In this document: positions 26,913-37,351 of the stretch, piece after piece
Layout: each line of letters starts with the position of its first letter
Position numbering within the stretch: position 1 is the first letter of the stretch
NCBI GenBank assembly: GCA_947302655.1
Contig: CAMYVW010000002.1
Coordinates: 169,537-233,536, forward strand
Reading direction: 5' to 3'
Length of the DNA: 64,000 nucleotides
Source: an uncultured Mycoplasmatota bacterium
Lineage (GTDB): Bacteria > Bacillota_I > Bacilli_A > RF39 > UBA660
Made by a program: the position numbers and the translations under genes
Notes under the pieces: model-generated
The model's database searches: none
What the model was told of the DNA's origin: nothing
What the model saw: the letters and a program-made list of their open reading frames with translations, nothing else

Positions 26913-28352
26913 ATGTACAGAAAGGAAGTAATTCATATGAAGAATAAAAAGGGTTTTACTTTACTTGAACTTTTAATATGTGTTGCACTTATTTCTGTTG
27001 TCATACTTTTCTTATTTAGACTTATATCTTTAATTCGTCAAGATGAAAAAGCTGTTGGTTATATTAGAGCTAATCAAGCAAGCAGAAATCAAGCTATGGG
27101 TGAAATAGGAACTATTATTGCTGAAAATGCTGTATGCTCTTTTTCTACTACTGGATCAAATTCTTCTAAAGCAATTATTACATTAAATTTATGTACTGAT
27201 AAAACATTAGTTGTTGAAGTAGAAAATAGTTATATTAAATTTACTTTTGATGGTGCAGTATCTAAGTATCCTATGAAAGATAGTTCAGCTTGGTATAATC
27301 CTGTTTTTACTTTAACTGAAGGTAATTATTATGGATATGATTATAAAAAAATAGTATTTAAAACAGAGAAAAAAGGTTTGAAATCAACTTCAATTGATGA
27401 TATTGAAATATTTTGGGTTGATAAAAATGGTTTTCCAGATGGAGATTTTGGTGAACTTCATGCACAACTTATAAGTGGACCGGAGTTTAATAGAAAAATT
27501 AGAAAACTTGCTGATCCAACTTTAGATTGTTCTAATGATGATATGACAAATGAAGCTCACTATGAGTGTTATGATTATTATATTACAAGCATTGAAAGGT
27601 CTAATACTCTTGATATTGAACCTAATGAATCTAACATTGTTTCAACATCAAGTTCACCTAATCCTATATATGCATGGTTTAGTAATGGTGCAATAAAAAT
27701 ATATAGTGCTGCTCCTGTTTTAACAATGAATAATTATGCATTCTTTATGTTTGGTGAGCTTCATGCACTTACATCAATTGATTTATCTTATTTTGATTCA
27801 TCACAGGTAATAAATATGTCCAGTTTATTTCGAAGGGATGTTGAATTAACAACAATTGATTTATCAAATTTTGATACATCTAACGTTACAAACATGTCAT
27901 ATATGTTTGATATGCCAGGTTATGGAATTGTTGGTGAGCACACTGCTAAATTGAAGACTATTATTTTTGGGGAAAACTTTGATACTTCCCATGTAACTAC
28001 AATGAGATACATGTTTGCAAATAATATTAGTTTCATAAACTTAAACTTATCTAACTTTGATACAAGCAGTGTTACAGATTTTACAGGAATGTTTGCTAAT
28101 TGCTTTGGACTTAAAAATTTAAATATTGGTTCATTTGATTTTTCTAAAGTCATTATTTCAAGTAATAGCTACTTATCTATTTTAATTGGTGATGATAAGC
28201 TTCAAACTTTAGTTACACCTAAGAAGATGCCTACAACAAGTGGAGCCGTTATACCATTACCTTATTTAATGACTAATACATCTGAAGGTATTTCCATTAC
28301 ACAAATAGATCATACTACACCTGCGACTATTACTCTTACTGCGGCTTCTTAA
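26913..28352 (+). CDS. Type IV pilin-like protein (class III signal peptide) with C-terminal DUF285-type repeat adhesin module
   Basis: The likely start is ATG 26937 after AAAGGAAG, giving MKNKKG|FTLLELLICVAL with the prepilin motif G-F and Glu+5. The C-terminal half contains repeated FDTSNVTNMSYMF / FDTSHVTTMRYMF / FDTSSVTDFTGMF units typical of DUF285 (Mollicute-type surface protein repeat). Confidence 0.7.
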   Translation: MYRKEVIHMKNKKGFTLLELLICVALISVVILFLFRLISLIRQDEKAVGYIRANQASRNQAMGEIGTIIAENAVCSFSTTGSNSSKAIITLNLCTDKTLVVEVENSYIKFTFDGAVSKYPMKDSSAWYNPVFTLTEGNYYGYDYKKIVFKTEKKGLKSTSIDDIEIFWVDKNGFPDGDFGELHAQLISGPEFNRKIRKLADPTLDCSNDDMTNEAHYECYDYYITSIERSNTLDIEPNESNIVSTSSSPNPIYAWFSNGAIKIYSAAPVLTMNNYAFFMFGELHALTSIDLSYFDSSQVINMSSLFRRDVELTTIDLSNFDTSNVTNMSYMFDMPGYGIVGEHTAKLKTIIFGENFDTSHVTTMRYMFANNISFINLNLSNFDTSSVTDFTGMFANCFGLKNLNIGSFDFSKVIISSNSYLSILIGDDKLQTLVTPKKMPTTSGAVIPLPYLMTNTSEGISITQIDHTTPATITLTAAS

Positions 28353-28372
28353 AAAAATATAAAAGAAAGGAT

Positions 28373-29995
28373 TTGATTAATATGAAAAAGAGAAATGGTT
28401 TCGTTTTTGTTGAAACTATGGTTACTGTAGTAATTTTATCTACAGCTCTTTTAGTTATTTATTCTTTATTTAATAATATTTTAATTAAAGAACATCGAAA
28501 AGCATATTTTGATGATCCTTTATATGTTTATCGAACTAATTATTTAACTTTAATTTTTGAAGAAATAATTAAAGATGCTAGTACCACAGAAAATAATCCA
28601 GGAAACTATATTAATTTTTCTGAACTTTTAACTGCGTACGAAAATGGAAATAGAGTTACATCAAAATTAAGAGTTTTTACATGTAATAATGATATTTTTA
28701 ATAAGAATTTAGCTGCTAAAGCTAATTGCCAACAATTTTTTATAAATAATCAAATATATAGAATATATATTTCAACATACGATTTATCGTATATTGATGA
28801 GTGTGCCATGAATAATGGCGTTGGTGCACAGTGTAATTATTATAATGGTTTAAATAAACAAGCTAAACTTTATTTTAAACAACTTCCATATGTACGAAAT
28901 GGAAATGGTTATTATATTATTTTTGAATTCTATGATAATGGTAAAGATGGTGTTTGTTCTAATGATAAATGTATGCATCAGTTTGGTTCTGTTAAATATG
29001 GTGGTATAACAAATATTGTTGATCAAAATACAATGGTTGATGAACAAAATGATGTTATAGTTACATTTAATGCAAATGGTGGAAGTGTATCTGATGGTCA
29101 AAGGCATGTTACAAAAGGTCAAAGAGTTGGTGATCTTCCTAAACCAACTAAGTCAGGTGTCGTATTTGATGGTTGGTACACTTTACAAGATGGTGGAAGA
29201 AAAATTGATAAAAATGAAGTTATAAGGGGAACTTCAACATTCTATGCTCACTGGGCATCAAATGTTGCTGAAATTAATGGAACATTCTTTTCATCAATTA
29301 GTACTGCTTATTCATCAATTAATAATTCTGATCAAACTACAATTATAGTTCATGCGGATACATCTGAATATCTAATTATTGGTTCATCAAGAAATATTAT
29401 TCTTGATTTACAAGGTCATACTGTTAGTAATAAAAATGATAAAAAGAGTATTTTTGAAAATGGTGGTACACTTGAAATTAAAAATGGTATTCTTACTTCA
29501 AATGGTACTGCTGGTGCTGTAAATAATGACCCTACTGGAACTTTACAAATTACAGATTTATCTATTATAGCTACTAATACAAGGCAAGCACTTTATAATA
29601 AAACAGGTACTACTACAATATCTGGTGATTCATATTTATCTGCATCTTCTTCAGAACGTGCTGCTCTTCATAATCTTGAAAATGGAACAGTATATCTTCA
29701 AAGCGGTACTGTAATTTCTACTGGTCAAAATGCCATTGAAAATGCCGGTGGTACTATGGTTATTGGTACTCAAGACGGAGTAATTGCAGCAAACTCTCCA
29801 CTTATTATAGGTAATGGAAATGCTATCAAAAATTCTGGAACTTATACTTTATATTTCTATGATGGTATTTTAAAAAGTATAGGTAATATTCTTCAAGGAA
29901 GTATTACTGGAAAACAAGAACCATCTAGTTATGTTGATACTACTGAGGATATAGATGACGCAACATACAATGTTAAATATTTAAGAAGTAATTAA
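28373..29995 (+). CDS. Type IV pilin-like protein with Flg_new (Listeria-Bacteroides) repeat and beta-helix-like C-terminal module
   Basis: The likely start is ATG 28382 after AAAGAAAGGA, giving MKKRNG|FVFVETMV with a class III signal and Glu+5. A VTFNANGGSV...GWYT...FYAHW Flg_new repeat is followed by a Gly/Thr/Asn-rich repeat region. Confidence 0.7.
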   Translation: MINMKKRNGFVFVETMVTVVILSTALLVIYSLFNNILIKEHRKAYFDDPLYVYRTNYLTLIFEEIIKDASTTENNPGNYINFSELLTAYENGNRVTSKLRVFTCNNDIFNKNLAAKANCQQFFINNQIYRIYISTYDLSYIDECAMNNGVGAQCNYYNGLNKQAKLYFKQLPYVRNGNGYYIIFEFYDNGKDGVCSNDKCMHQFGSVKYGGITNIVDQNTMVDEQNDVIVTFNANGGSVSDGQRHVTKGQRVGDLPKPTKSGVVFDGWYTLQDGGRKIDKNEVIRGTSTFYAHWASNVAEINGTFFSSISTAYSSINNSDQTTIIVHADTSEYLIIGSSRNIILDLQGHTVSNKNDKKSIFENGGTLEIKNGILTSNGTAGAVNNDPTGTLQITDLSIIATNTRQALYNKTGTTTISGDSYLSASSSERAALHNLENGTVYLQSGTVISTGQNAIENAGGTMVIGTQDGVIAANSPLIIGNGNAIKNSGTYTLYFYDGILKSIGNILQGSITGKQEPSSYVDTTEDIDDATYNVKYLRSN

Positions 29996-30030
29996 AAACA
30001 TACTAACTAAAAAAGTTAGTATGTTTTTTA
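29996..30030. terminator. Bidirectional intrinsic terminator
   Basis: aaacatactaac-aaaaaa-gttagtatgttt is flanked by A-run and T-run. Confidence 0.6.
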
Positions 30031-30798
30031 TAACTTAATCATAAACATAGTAATTAACATAATAATTATTGATAATATAAATTTTTTAACAAATACTTTA
30101 TTGGTAATATTTTTATTTATACTTTTGATTTGAAATATCATTGAAAGACCTGTAAAACTATTTAGAAATATTAATAATGGTACTTTAAATGTATTAATTT
30201 CATTAATTAATTTAAATCCATTAATTACATCAATTAATATAATTAAATGTTTAGGTATATTTATAAATAGTAATATATTTTTTATAATACAAAAAAATAT
30301 TGTAATACCATATATATTAATAATATTTTCTGTTACGTTTTTTATAAGGTTAGTTATAATTATTTTATTATTTAAGTTTTGATTGTTATTGGTTTTAATT
30401 ATAATGGTAAACGTAATGGTAATATTTATTATTATATTTGTTAGAACTATTTTTAAAGCTAATACTTTATTTAATATATTTTTAATAATAAAATATGAGT
30501 AAAAAGGATTTATAATTGATGATGATACAATCATATTTTCGCTGTTTGTTAATAAAGCATTACTAGGTGAAAATGTTATAATACTTAATATAAAACAAGA
30601 TATCTTATTATTATATTTATTTAAAACATTATGTTTTAAATATAAACTAATAAACATGATGGGATATAGTGAAGGAAGAATATTTTTAACAAAATATATA
30701 CTTGTTTCATAGATATCTTTTTTTAATCTATCATTTATGTAAAAGAGAATAATTATGATTGTAAACATAATTATAAATTGAATGATAATCTTTTTCAT
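30028..30798 (-). CDS. Polytopic integral membrane protein (possibly YlbJ/sporulation-membrane-protein-like)
   Basis: It is hydrophobic throughout and divergent from the ylbL-like gene. The family assignment is uncertain. Confidence 0.45.
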   Translation of the reverse strand: MKKIIIQFIIMFTIIIILFYINDRLKKDIYETSIYFVKNILPSLYPIMFISLYLKHNVLNKYNNKISCFILSIITFSPSNALLTNSENMIVSSSIINPFYSYFIIKNILNKVLALKIVLTNIIINITITFTIIIKTNNNQNLNNKIIITNLIKNVTENIINIYGITIFFCIIKNILLFINIPKHLIILIDVINGFKLINEINTFKVPLLIFLNSFTGLSMIFQIKSINKNITNKVFVKKFILSIIIMLITMFMIKL

Positions 30799-30835
30799 AT
30801 TTTAGTCCTAATGATATAATATAATTGGTGATAAA

Positions 30836-31843
30836 ATGTTTAATAAATTATATGTTAAAGTAAAAAAATATATTAAAGAAAATCATAATTTTTTGTTATT
30901 TTTAATTCTTTTAGTATTAGTTTTAAATATAAAACTACCATATATTGTTGAAAGACCTGGAGGCATAACTTCACTTAATAGTCAGGTTAAAATTAATAAT
31001 GAAAATATCAAAGGTGATTATAATAGTTCATATGTAAAAGTTAATACCGGTAATGTTGTATCTGTTGCGTTAGGTTTAATAATTCCAAAATGGGATGTAG
31101 TAAAGTTATCTGAATATCAACCGGATGAGGATGTAAGTTATAGTGAAGTATTAGATTATGAAAAAATATTAATGAATCAATCACATAACTTTGCAATCAA
31201 ACATGTTTTTGATAAACTTAATATTCCTTATAATGTGTCAGAAGAAAAACTCTATGTTTACGCTAGTCATAGTGAGTTTAAAACCCCTTTAAAAACAAAT
31301 GATCTTATTACTAAATGTGATGATGCAGATGTTAAATCATATGATGATTTAACTAATTGTATAAATAGTGCATCAAATAATTATGTTAATTTATCAATTA
31401 TTCGTAATAAGAAAAGTACTAATGTAAAAGCTAAAATACATTTTTATAGGGGAAGAAAAGTAATAGGAGTTATTGTTTTAAGGGATTTTATTATTGATTC
31501 AGATGTAAAAATAGTTTTTGTAAATAATAGTAATGAATCAGGACCTAGTGCTGGATTTATGACAGCGTTAGCCCTTTATGACAATTTATCGAAAAAAAAT
31601 CTTATAGGTAAACTATCTGTTGCTGGAACAGGTACTATTGATGAAGATGGTAATGTAGGGCAAATAGATGGAATTAAATACAAATTACTTGGAGCAAATA
31701 AAAAAGTTGATATATTCTTTGTTCCTAAAGACAATTATAGTGAAGCAAAAAAGGTTGTTAAAAAATATAAACTAAAACTTAATATAGTTTCAGTTTCTAA
31801 TTTAGATGATGCAATTACATATTTAGAAAATTATACTAAATAA
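30836..31843 (+). CDS. YlbL-like membrane-anchored protein with Lon-protease C-terminal (S16) domain
   Basis: An N-terminal TM helix is followed by a C-terminal GPSAGFMTALALYD motif (Lon proteolytic serine) and a downstream Lys. Confidence 0.7.
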   Translation: MFNKLYVKVKKYIKENHNFLLFLILLVLVLNIKLPYIVERPGGITSLNSQVKINNENIKGDYNSSYVKVNTGNVVSVALGLIIPKWDVVKLSEYQPDEDVSYSEVLDYEKILMNQSHNFAIKHVFDKLNIPYNVSEEKLYVYASHSEFKTPLKTNDLITKCDDADVKSYDDLTNCINSASNNYVNLSIIRNKKSTNVKAKIHFYRGRKVIGVIVLRDFIIDSDVKIVFVNNSNESGPSAGFMTALALYDNLSKKNLIGKLSVAGTGTIDEDGNVGQIDGIKYKLLGANKKVDIFFVPKDNYSEAKKVVKKYKLKLNIVSVSNLDDAITYLENYTK

Positions 31844-31916
31844 TATTGTCCTATTTAATTGACTATTTTAATAAAATTATAGTATACTTTTTAATGGTAA
31901 TAGGAGGTATTAAAAA

Positions 31917-32708
31917 ATGAAAAAAAGAATTTTATCGGCAATTGTTGCGCTTGCTATTGTAGTTCCAGTTATTATTTTAGGTGGGAAGTATTATTCCTTT
32001 GTTGTAGGGCTTTTAGCAATACTAGCATATAAGGAATTACTTGATTTAAAAGAGAATTCTGTTGAGATTCCTAACATAATTAAAGCAATTGGTCTAATTG
32101 ATTTAATATTATTAGTATTTTCTGAATTTGATGGATATGCAGTTATTTTTGGACTTTCTTATAGAGCTATAGCAATTTCTTTAATATCTATCCTTATTCC
32201 GACACTTTTCTACAAAGATAATAAGTATACTACTCGTGAAGCTCTATATTTAGCTGGTATAGTTATTTTTTTAGGAATGGTCTTTAATAGTTTTATTTTA
32301 GTTAGATCATTATCAGTACATTTACTAGTTTATTTAATTTTAATATGTACAATGACAGATGCTTTTGCAATGTTTACTGGTATGATTATTGGTAAACATA
32401 AGGTAGCACCAATTATAAGTCCTAAGAAAACTATAGAAGGATGTATTGGTGGAAGTATTATTGGTACAGTAGTTCCAATTGTTTACTATGTTACATATGT
32501 TGGTAAGTTTTCTTATAAACTTATAATTATCACACTTATTTTAAGTGTAATAGGTCAGTTTGGTGATTTATTCTTTAGTAAGATTAAAAGAGAGAACAAA
32601 ATTAAAGATTTTTCAAACATAATGCCTGGACATGGTGGTATTTTAGATCGCTTGGATAGTTTATGTTTTGTTGTTATTACTTATTTAATATTTATTTCAT
32701 ATATTTAA
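31917..32708 (+). CDS. cdsA: Phosphatidate cytidylyltransferase
   Basis: The CTP-transferase signature PKKTIEGCIGGSI ... MPGHGGILDRLDS is present. Confidence 0.85.
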   Translation: MKKRILSAIVALAIVVPVIILGGKYYSFVVGLLAILAYKELLDLKENSVEIPNIIKAIGLIDLILLVFSEFDGYAVIFGLSYRAIAISLISILIPTLFYKDNKYTTREALYLAGIVIFLGMVFNSFILVRSLSVHLLVYLILICTMTDAFAMFTGMIIGKHKVAPIISPKKTIEGCIGGSIIGTVVPIVYYVTYVGKFSYKLIIITLILSVIGQFGDLFFSKIKRENKIKDFSNIMPGHGGILDRLDSLCFVVITYLIFISYI

Positions 32709-32731
32709 TCAATTGTTAGGAGGACATAATT

Positions 32732-33787
32732 TTGACACTGATTTCTATTTTAGTATTTATCCTTATTCTTGGTGTTATAGTATTAGTTCATGAATTTGGT
32801 CATTTTATTTGGGCAAAAAAATTTGGTGTTCATATCTATGAGTTTTCAATAGGTATGGGACCAGTTTTATTTACTCATGAAGGAAAAGACAAAATTAAGT
32901 ATCGCATTAGAGCTTTACCTATTGGCGGATTTGTTCAAATGGCTGGTGAAGTTTATGAAGATGATGAAAAGATACCTAAAGAGAAGTTTATGTGTAATAA
33001 ACCTTGGCATCAAAGAATTATTATCATTATTGCTGGAGTAATTAATAATTTTATTTTAGCATTAGTACTTCTTTTTATGTATGCTTTAATATGGGGTGGA
33101 CCTTCAAATAAACCTATTATTACAAGTGTAGAAAAAAATTATCCAATGTATAAAGCAGGTATAAGAAAAAATGATGTTATTGTTTCTATAAATGGAAAAA
33201 AAGCATCAACTTGGGACAAAGCTCAAATTCTTCTTGTTTTAAAAGATAAAGATAATACATATGATATTAAAGTTAAACATAAAAATGGTAAGTATGATAC
33301 TTATAGCGTTAAACCTAAAAAGATTTATGATAAAGAATTAAAAATGGATCGATATGTTTTTGGTTTTACAGTTAAACAAAAGGTAAATAAAGGATTTATA
33401 AGTAGTATTAAATTTGCTTTTTCTAAGTTTGTAAGTGTTATTGAAACTATGTGGCTTACAGTAGCAAGTTTATTTACTGGAAAACTTTCATTAAAAAATC
33501 TATCTGGACCTGTTGGCGTATATCAAGTCGTAAATAGTGGTTTATCTGCTGGTATACAGTATTTAATTTATATAACGGCATTCTTAAGTATTAATGTTGG
33601 ATTTATAAATATTTTACCATTTCCTGCCTTTGATGGAGGAAGAGCATTCTTTATGCTTATTGAGAAGGTTAGAAGAAAACCAATTAATAGTAAAATTGAA
33701 AATACAATTCATACCATTGGATTTATTTTGCTTTTAGTTTTAATGGTACTTATTACATGGCAAGATATATTAAGACTATTTAAATAA
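32732..33787 (+). CDS. rseP: RIP site-2 zinc metalloprotease RseP/RasP with PDZ domain
   Basis: A TTG start follows AGGAGG. HEFGHF and a C-terminal NxxPxxxLDG-type region (NILPFPAFDGG) are present. It follows cdsA as in Bacillus. Confidence 0.85.
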   Translation: MTLISILVFILILGVIVLVHEFGHFIWAKKFGVHIYEFSIGMGPVLFTHEGKDKIKYRIRALPIGGFVQMAGEVYEDDEKIPKEKFMCNKPWHQRIIIIIAGVINNFILALVLLFMYALIWGGPSNKPIITSVEKNYPMYKAGIRKNDVIVSINGKKASTWDKAQILLVLKDKDNTYDIKVKHKNGKYDTYSVKPKKIYDKELKMDRYVFGFTVKQKVNKGFISSIKFAFSKFVSVIETMWLTVASLFTGKLSLKNLSGPVGVYQVVNSGLSAGIQYLIYITAFLSINVGFINILPFPAFDGGRAFFMLIEKVRRKPINSKIENTIHTIGFILLLVLMVLITWQDILRLFK

Positions 33788-33791
33788 AATA

Positions 33792-33827
33792 AAAGATCAC
33801 AATTTATAATTGTGATCTTATTTTTTA
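33792..33827. terminator. Bidirectional terminator (12-bp stem) between rseP and the D,D-carboxypeptidase
   Basis: aagatcacaatt-tat-aattgtgatctt is followed by a T-run. Confidence 0.6.
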
Positions 33828-34793
33828 TTTATCTATATTATATACATAGTATTCTTCTAATGTTATGTCTTTTTCATATATATACTTGGCAGCATCGATA
33901 CCAACATATCTATAGTGCCATGGTTCAAATGAAAAACCTGTAATATCTTCTTTACCTTCTGGATATCTAATTATAAAACCATATTTATAAGAATTATCTT
34001 TAAGCCAGGCGTAGGCTGGAGTATCTTTAAAGGTATTTCTTAGAGCACCATCTATACTAAATATATCAAGAGCTAAACCTGTTTGATGTTCTGAATAACC
34101 AGGTCTTGCAGCATATTTATCTGCATATGCTTCACCATGATTTTTTAAATAATTATTATATACAATTGTTTGTGAATTAAAGTCTCTATAACTTGAATTA
34201 ATCATTAAATATATACCATTTTGATTTGCATCTTCATGCATTTTTAAAAAAGCATCAAATACTTCTTTTCGAATTGTGTGGGTTCCTGGACTTCCCCAAG
34301 AATATTTAGTTGATATAGTCACAAGATCTTCTGGAGAAAAACTTTCATCGAGGTAATTATATTTGTTAACAATAATTAAATATTCTTTTGATAAATCTGT
34401 TGGTTTAGTATCTTCATAAAAAGCATAATTTAAATGTAAGTTAATTGTTTTAATAACTTCATCTATGGTTTTACTAGGGAAGATATCTATATAATCAAGA
34501 TAATCTTGATAATGTTTATGAAGATATAATTTATTACTCATTAAATTTACAAGTTTATCATTTTTCTTTTCTTTTGTTAGCTTTAAAAGCTCTTTATCAT
34601 TTAGATTTTTTGAAAGAATTTTTATATCTTTTTTTGAGTAACCAACTGTAATTAATTTATATTCTGTTGTTTGGTGATACTTATAAGTTTTATAGGCATT
34701 AATGCCTTTATTTACTAGAACTATAGCAACAATAACAACAGCAATATATAAAAATACATCTTTTTTTAATCGATATTTTTTCTTTGTCACCAC
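33825..34793 (-). CDS. Membrane-anchored M15B D-alanyl-D-alanine carboxypeptidase (VanY-like)
   Basis: The SEHQTGLALD zinc-binding motif and an N-terminal TM helix are present. Confidence 0.8.
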   Translation of the reverse strand: MVTKKKYRLKKDVFLYIAVVIVAIVLVNKGINAYKTYKYHQTTEYKLITVGYSKKDIKILSKNLNDKELLKLTKEKKNDKLVNLMSNKLYLHKHYQDYLDYIDIFPSKTIDEVIKTINLHLNYAFYEDTKPTDLSKEYLIIVNKYNYLDESFSPEDLVTISTKYSWGSPGTHTIRKEVFDAFLKMHEDANQNGIYLMINSSYRDFNSQTIVYNNYLKNHGEAYADKYAARPGYSEHQTGLALDIFSIDGALRNTFKDTPAYAWLKDNSYKYGFIIRYPEGKEDITGFSFEPWHYRYVGIDAAKYIYEKDITLEEYYVYNIDK

Positions 34794-34908
34794 TTACCAC
34801 TACCTTAAGGTAAGTATATCATATTTTTTTATGAAAATATTATAAAATATTTTGACATCTTAAAGGTAAGGTAGTATTATTAAGTTATAGTCAAGGTAGG
34901 TGTCATAG

Positions 34909-35265
34909 ATGAATAGTAAAATGGTTTTAAATTATTGTCCTAACTTTTATAAAATAGTTAACTATGACATTGATCAAGACGATAATATTACAAATAAACT
35001 AATTAATATTTATCAAGATTATATTTTTAATATTGATTTAGCTAATATTGAAGAAACTAAGTTAGTAAAAGAAATTGATAATGCTCTAGCTAGATATATC
35101 GATGATTATGAATTTAGAAAAAATCTTAAAGAATCAATTTTAAAAGTAAAAATTAAAAAAGGATGTGCTAACATCCTAAAAATTATTGTTGAAAGTATTG
35201 TTTCTATATTTAATAATTATGAAGAATACACAACAAGAAATGTTTATATAGCGAGATGGATATAA
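34909..35265 (+). CDS. Hypothetical cytoplasmic protein
   Basis: A 118-aa ORF is convergent with the ger operon. No recognisable motifs were found. Confidence 0.35.
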   Translation: MNSKMVLNYCPNFYKIVNYDIDQDDNITNKLINIYQDYIFNIDLANIEETKLVKEIDNALARYIDDYEFRKNLKESILKVKIKKGCANILKIIVESIVSIFNNYEEYTTRNVYIARWI

Positions 35266-36279
35266 TTAAGTGGCTTTCGCTACTTTTTTTATTTTTCTTG
35301 TTATTGAATATATTGTTATAAAAAATACTATACCTAGTATAAGTAAAATTATTGGTAGGTATTTATAAATAATAGTAGCGTATTCGTAATTATTAGTTAC
35401 AAACTCAATAATATATAAAATTATTATAATAATCAAATAAGTCTTATTTTTATTTATTTTTTCCAAATTATATATAGATATGGAAGAACATATAAATAGA
35501 TTAAAAAACCATATTAAGCCTATAAGATTTTCTACTTTTTCAATAAAGTTAAATAATTTAATTTGTTTTAGTACCATGTATTCGGGAAATCTAAATATTT
35601 TAATTAAGTATGGACCAAGTACATATATAGTTGCAATTCCAATTAAAATTGATATAAGAGAAGATTGAATATAATATTTCACATGTTCTTTTTCATCAAT
35701 TTTTATATCAAATAGTAGTAATTGTGGCATTGCTGTAAATATTGCAAAGTAAAAACTTGCTAATAAAATATTTTTTTTACTTGATGATAAAACAGGCAAA
35801 AAAGAACTGATTGATCCATCTTTAAGAGTTGTTATTATTGTTATTAAGATAACAAACATAGATATTGGCATTAGTATTTCTGATATTTTACTTATTGTTT
35901 TAATTCCTTTTTTTGAATTTAAGTAAGCAAGAAATAAAAAGGGGATAGTTATAAATAGACCTGGAGTTTTTGTTAAGAAGAATGAAGTAGCAAATATTCT
36001 TACAATCAAAATATTAGAAAAGATTATAAATATAAAAAATATACTTATTAAAGTTTTTTTTAATTTATTTATCTTTTCATTTAGTATGTAATTTCTGTTT
36101 TTATTAAAACATGTTTTATTAAACATATATATTAAGGATAAACCAATTAACATACCAATAAACATTGATATCCAGGAATCTTTTCCACTTAGTTTAAATA
36201 TTATTGAATATCCTGATGCAAGAAAAAAACTATTAGATATAAAATATACTAAAGAAAGTTTTTCTTTTTTACTTATCAT
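35266..36279 (-). CDS. Spore germination protein, GerAB/GerKB family (APC-type permease)
   Basis: It is a roughly 10-TM protein. It is the last gene of an A-C-B ger operon on the minus strand. Confidence 0.7.
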   Translation of the reverse strand: MISKKEKLSLVYFISNSFFLASGYSIIFKLSGKDSWISMFIGMLIGLSLIYMFNKTCFNKNRNYILNEKINKLKKTLISIFFIFIIFSNILIVRIFATSFFLTKTPGLFITIPFLFLAYLNSKKGIKTISKISEILMPISMFVILITIITTLKDGSISSFLPVLSSSKKNILLASFYFAIFTAMPQLLLFDIKIDEKEHVKYYIQSSLISILIGIATIYVLGPYLIKIFRFPEYMVLKQIKLFNFIEKVENLIGLIWFFNLFICSSISIYNLEKINKNKTYLIIIIILYIIEFVTNNYEYATIIYKYLPIILLILGIVFFITIYSITRKIKKVAKAT

Positions 36280-37351
36280 TTTTCACCTCGAATATTAATC
36301 CTTTTTTATTTATATTAATATTGGTTTCGATTTTGTAATTTGTATTTTTAAAATAGTCTTTCTTATTCTTTTTGAAATTAATGTAATATTTGTTATTTAT
36401 TCCAAGAATGTCACTATTTATAATTTTTAAATGACTTATTAAGTCATAAACTTTATCATTAATTATTTTTTCAAAAGTCTTTTCTAATTCTTTTTGCAAT
36501 TTAATATTTTCAAGATTATAATTACAAGAATTTTCTATTATTTCAGCATTAATATTATTTTTAATTTTAAATATGTTTTCTTTAATTTTAAAATTAGTGT
36601 TACTTTTGTATGCTCGAATTATTATATATTTATCTTTTTCACATTCGTATTTAAAATCAGATAATGTTTTTTTATTATCTATTAATGATAGAATTAAGGC
36701 CTCATCATTACTTAAGTAATCAACTAATTTGTTTTTATTAAATACGCCAATATTACCAAGTTTTAATTCATCATTATCGATAATTATCGTTGATAAGGTA
36801 ATATTTTTCTTACCACTTAAAAAGTTACTAGCTATATTTTTAAAATATTTGTTTTTAGAAATATAGTTTGAATAGATGTTATTATCGAGTAGACTTTTAA
36901 TTCTTTCACTTGATACTTTGTAATATTCGTTAGTTTTTGATAAAACTTCTTCAGGTGATGCATTTTTTGAAATAACAACTGTGAATATATTTCTGATATC
37001 GTTATTTCTTAAAAAGAAATCAAATAAGTCATTCATATGCTTTTTTGCAATTTCTTCACTTATGACAACAACCTTTAAATGTGCAAGATATGGTTCTTTT
37101 TCTAGTTTTAACGAAATATCATCAAATGCCTCAGGAATAGTTTTTCCTTGTCCAATTTTTAGTATTCCACTTTCTACATTACTTTCAGATTTTCCTTTAC
37201 TGTGATCTAAAAGTTCAAAACTTATTTTATATTCGTTATTAATATAATTAATTCCAATACCACTAACTAAAACGATATTATTTATTTCAACATAGTTAAA
37301 ACAACCTGTTAATAAAAATAAACATATTACTAATGTAAATATTTTTTTCAT
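36269..37351 (-). CDS. Spore germination lipoprotein, GerAC/GerKC family
   Basis: The lipoprotein signal MKKIFTLVICLFLLTGC is present. The gene sits between the A and B subunits. Confidence 0.7.
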   Translation of the reverse strand: MKKIFTLVICLFLLTGCFNYVEINNIVLVSGIGINYINNEYKISFELLDHSKGKSESNVESGILKIGQGKTIPEAFDDISLKLEKEPYLAHLKVVVISEEIAKKHMNDLFDFFLRNNDIRNIFTVVISKNASPEEVLSKTNEYYKVSSERIKSLLDNNIYSNYISKNKYFKNIASNFLSGKKNITLSTIIIDNDELKLGNIGVFNKNKLVDYLSNDEALILSLIDNKKTLSDFKYECEKDKYIIIRAYKSNTNFKIKENIFKIKNNINAEIIENSCNYNLENIKLQKELEKTFEKIINDKVYDLISHLKIINSDILGINNKYYINFKKNKKDYFKNTNYKIETNININKKGLIFEVKNDK

